Positions 57,313 to 64,000 of a DNA stretch of 64,000 bases are shown piece by piece. Both the position numbers and the translations under genes were made by a program. A model generated the notes under the pieces. It ran no database searches and was not told where the DNA came from. It saw only the letters and a list, made by a program, of their open reading frames with translations. Position 1 is the stretch's first letter. Every line of letters begins with the position of its first letter. Source of the stretch: the human T2T-CHM13v2.0 reference genome, Homo sapiens; NCBI RefSeq assembly GCF_009914755.1, contig NC_060947.1, one strand, 5' to 3'.

Positions 57313-60170
57313 GTATCTCACAGTCCTTTTTATTTCTGTGGAATTGGAAGTAATGCCCCAACTTTCATTTCTGATTTCAGTAACTTAGGTCTTATTTCTT
57401 TTTATCTTAGTCAGTCTAGTTAAAGGTATGTTAATTTTGTTAATTGGGACAAATAGTCAATTACACAATAATACAGACTCCAATATCTCAACTTGTAATA
57501 ATAGATAAAACAACCAGACAGAAGATCACTAAGGAAAAAAAAGACTTCAGCAACACTATAAACCAATTACACCTAAAAGAAATATATTAAAAAAACTCCA
57601 CCTAACAACAGCAGAATCCATACTCTGTATTAACATGTAACTAGTAAGGAGATTGAATCAGTAATCAAAAACCTCCTAACAGAAGCCCTGGATCACATGG
57701 TTTCACTCACGAATTTTACCAAACACTTAAAGAAGAAGGAACACAAAGAGCTACCATCATTCTCAAAGGTGAAAGTGTAACAGCTTTTTCTCTAAGATCA
57801 AGAATAAGGCAAGGATGCCAGCTTGCACCACTTCTATTAAACTTAATTTTGAAAATTTTAGCTAGAACAATTAGGCAAGATAAAGAAATACAAGGCATCC
57901 AAGTTTTGAAAGGGAGAATAAAGTTATTTCTATTAAGAGATGACATAATGTCATATTTATAAAATCCTAAAGATTCTACAAAAGTCTGTTAGAGCTAGTA
58001 AACAAATTCGGCAAACTTGCAGGTTACAAAATGATCAATAAACATCACTTGCATTTCTTTACACTAACAACGAGCCATCTGGAAAGGAAATTAAGAAAAC
58101 AATTCCATTTACAATAGGATCTAAAAGAATAAAATATTTTGGGATAAATTTAATCAGGGAGATGAAAGTCTAGTACCCTGAAAACTGTAAAACATTGCTA
58201 AAATAAATTAAAGACATAAACAAATGGAAATTCATCCTGTGTTCATGCATAGGAACACCTAATACTGTAAGGATGACAATATCCCCAAAGTGATTGATGG
58301 ATGCAATCCCTATCAGAATTCTAATGGCTTTTTTTTTTTTTTTACAGAAATGGAAAATATGGCCCTAAAATTCATATGGAATCTCAAGGGACCCTAAGAA
58401 GTGAAACAATCTTGAAAAAGAACACAGTTGGAGGATTCACACTTTCTGATTTCAAAACCTACTACAAAGTTACAGTCATCAAAACAGTGTGGCACTGGCC
58501 GAAGGACAGACTTATAGACCTTTAGAATAGAATGGAGATCCCCAAAATAAACCCTCACCTGTGTGGTCAATTGATTTTTGACAAGGATTCCAAGACCATT
58601 CAATTGAGAATGGACAGTCTTTTCAATAAATGGTGCTGGAAAAACTGGATATCCATTTCCAAAATAATGAAGTTGTACCCTTACCTTACATCACACACAA
58701 AAAAAATTAGTGAAAATGGATAAAAAATCTAAATATAAGAGCTAATAGTATAAAACTCAAGGAAAAAAACCATAGCAAATCTTCACAATATTGATTTTGG
58801 CAATGATTTCTTGGATATGACATTCAAAGCACTAGCAACAAAAGAAAAACAGATAAACTGTACTTTATCAAGATTAAAAGTATTTTTTAATCAAAGAACA
58901 CTGTCAAGGAGGTAAAATATAACCCTCAGAAAGGGAGAAAATATTTGCAAATAATATATCTGACAAGTAATTAATATCCACAATATATGAAGAACTCCTC
59001 CAAGTCTATTGTAACAACCAAAAATGCAATTAAATAATGGACAATGAACTTGAACAGACATTTTTCCAAAGAAGACATACAAGTTCTCAATAAGCATATC
59101 AAAAGATATTCAATGTCACTAGTTATTAGGGAAATGCAAATCAATCCCACAGTGAGATACCACTTCACACCCACTAATATGGCTATTTTAAAAAATGGAA
59201 ACTAACAAGTATTGGCAAAAATGTAGAGAAACTGAAATATTTGTGCATTGTTAGTGGTAAAGCTAACAATGGTACAGCCACAGTAGAAAATGGGTTGGCA
59301 GTCACTCAAAAAAGTTAAAGAATTACCACATGATCCAGCAATTCCACTTCTTTGTATACACCCCAAAAAATAAAATCAGTGCTGGGCGTGGTGGCTCACA
59401 CCTGTAATCCTAGCATTTGGAGACCAAGGCAGGTGAATCACTTGAACCCAGGAGTTTGAGACCAGCCTTGGCAACATGAAAAAACCCTATCTCTACAAAA
59501 AATACAAAAACTAGCCAAGTATCGTGGCATGCACCTGTCATCCCAGCTACTTGGGAGGCTGAGGTGTATGGAATGCTTGAGCTCTGATCACATCACTACA
59601 CTTCAGGCTAGGTGACAGAGTGAGACCCCATCTAAAACAAATAAACAACAACAAGAACAACAAAAATTAAAAGCAAGGACTCAATCAGATTTGTGTACAC
59701 CAATGTTCATAGCAACATTATTCACAATAGCCAAAAGGTGGAAACAACTTGTGTCCATCAAAACAGATAAACAATGGATAATCAAAATGTGAGATACATA
59801 TGTATTTACATATATATATATAGGAATATTATTCAGCCTTAAGCCTTAAAAGGAATACAATTCTGATATATGCAATAACATGGATGAACCTTAAAAACAT
59901 TATGCTAAGTGAAATAAACTAGATACAAAATGCCAAATGTTGTATGGTTCCACTCATGTGGGGTACCTAAAATGGGCAAATTCATAAAGACTGAGAATAG
60001 AATAGAGGTTAACAGAGGCTACAGAGAGAGAGAAATGGACGTTATTATTTAATGAGTACATACTTTCTGTTTGGGATATTGATGAAAATGTTCTGGAAAT
60101 GGATAGTGGTGATGGTTGCATAATATCATGAATGTACTTAATGCTTCTGAACTGTACACTCAAAATTTAG
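57313..60170 (+). mobile_element. L1MB-like element with an inverted 5' piece (57313-57445) and internal deletions
   Basis: EN piece 57446-57630, linker piece to ~57745, then RT through 3'UTR (gatgaaaatgttctggaaatggatagtggtgatggttgc...gaactgtacactcaaa). Confidence 0.8.
59380..59662 (+). mobile_element. Alu (AluJ-like) with an internal right-arm deletion
   Basis: gctgggcgtggtggctcacacctgtaatcc...; cttgagc joins directly to tctgatcac; A-rich tail. Confidence 0.9.
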
Positions 60171-60189
60171 AAAATCATAGAGTTTTAAA

Positions 60190-61080
60190 AATTTTATCTA
60201 TAAGTATCTTTAATATGCTTAGTTAATTTCTAGATACTTAATTCCTAGACACTAGATCATTTTCATTGTTATTGCAAATGGTATCTCACATATCTTTTTT
60301 ATTATGTTGCTGACACAGAGAAATGTTATTAATTTTTGTAAGGTGAGTTTTATTTGGCATGCTAAACTCACTTATTAGTTTTAATAGTTTATTTTTTGGT
60401 ATTTCGTATCTACAAATAATGAAAACTTTAGGCCTTCTCTTCCCATACTCATGCCTCTTTTTAAAAATTCTACACTGAATCGGGTAGAAACTCCCATACT
60501 CTGTGAAACAGTATGAGTGATAGTAGGCATGGATCTTGATCTCAATCTTAAATGGGATTTTATTTAAAGTTCCTCTATTGAGTACAGACAGTCCCCAACT
60601 TATAATGGCTCAATTTATGATTTTTTTGACTTTAGATGGTGCGAAAACAATATGCATTCAGTAGAAACTATACTTCGAGTTCCCATACAATGATTCTGTT
60701 TTTCACTGTCACTACAGTATTCAATAAATTACATGAGATATTCTTTTTTTATGTAAAATAGGCTTTGTTTTCAATGATTTTTTTCCCAACTGTAGGTTAA
60801 TGTAAGTGTTCTGAGCATCTTTAAGACAGGCCAGGCTAAGCTAGGATGCTCAGTAGATTAGGTATATTAAATGCATTTTTGACTGATGATGTTTTCAATT
60901 TACAATGAGTTTATCAGGAAGTAACCCCATCGAAAGTCAAGGAGCACCTGTATGTTTGCTGGCTTTTTCATACATAACCTCTACAAAGTTAAAAAGTTTT
61001 CTTTTTATTCCTAATTTACGAAGACATTCTGTTGTTACTGTCAATAAGACTTGAACCTTATCAAATATTTTTCCTGCAAC
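60190..61080 (-). mobile_element. Ancient L1M ORF2 fragment interrupted by MER47A
   Basis: ttcattgttattgcaaatggtat...aaactcacttattagttttaatagttt...gagtgatagtaggcat; resumes after 60952. Confidence 0.6.
60585..60950 (-). mobile_element. MER47A-like (Tigger/TcMar) non-autonomous DNA transposon, 366 bp
   Basis: TA TSDs at 60583-4 and 60951-2; imperfect TIRs cagacagtccccaactt / aagtcaaggagcacctg. Confidence 0.85.
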
Positions 61081-61084
61081 AATA

Positions 61085-61149
61085 TGTCTGCCTCCCTTGA
61101 CAGACTGTGAACATCATGAGTGCAGGCCTCAACTCTGTCTTGTTCATTG
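61085..61149 (+). mobile_element. L2 3' fragment (target of the next L1)
   Basis: tgtctgcctcccttgacagactgtgaacatcatgagtgcagg...tgtcttgttcattg. Confidence 0.6.

Positions 61150-64000
<2,851 letters not shown>

Overview
Gene-free, repeat-dominated human genomic DNA (species inferred from a human-specific L1HS-Ta insert), roughly three quarters LINE-1. I see no host protein-coding gene, RNA gene or CRISPR array. Every long ORF in the track is either a decayed L1 ORF1/ORF2/ORF0 fragment or an incidental frame. Layout: a + strand L1MA-type element with an AluJ and no endonuclease domain (1-6124); two full-length L1PA elements head-to-head (8141-14277 minus, 14680-21032 plus); a ~14.6 kb L1PA-free island of unique DNA with MIR/L2/L3/MER91 and microsatellites (21050-35690); a ~21 kb nest of L1s inside an old L1M (35690-57312); then an L1MB, MER47A and a young L1PA running off the window end. 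Two observations stand out. (1) The last 931 bp (63070-64000) match 39929-40859 at 930/931, including many non-consensus variants, while the adjacent L1 sequence differs by about 5%. This is an L1/L1 chimera junction that points to a recent 23,141-bp tandem duplication by NAHR, a gene-conversion tract, or a misassembly. (2) A 5'-inverted L1HS Ta-0 insertion with 17-bp TSDs sits inside the 5'UTR promoter of an L1PA3. Also present: three states of the ZNF93-bound 5'UTR segment, an extended ORF0, and several templated-insertion repair scars. Subfamily names come from recalled consensus sequences, not from a database search. I found no novel biological system.
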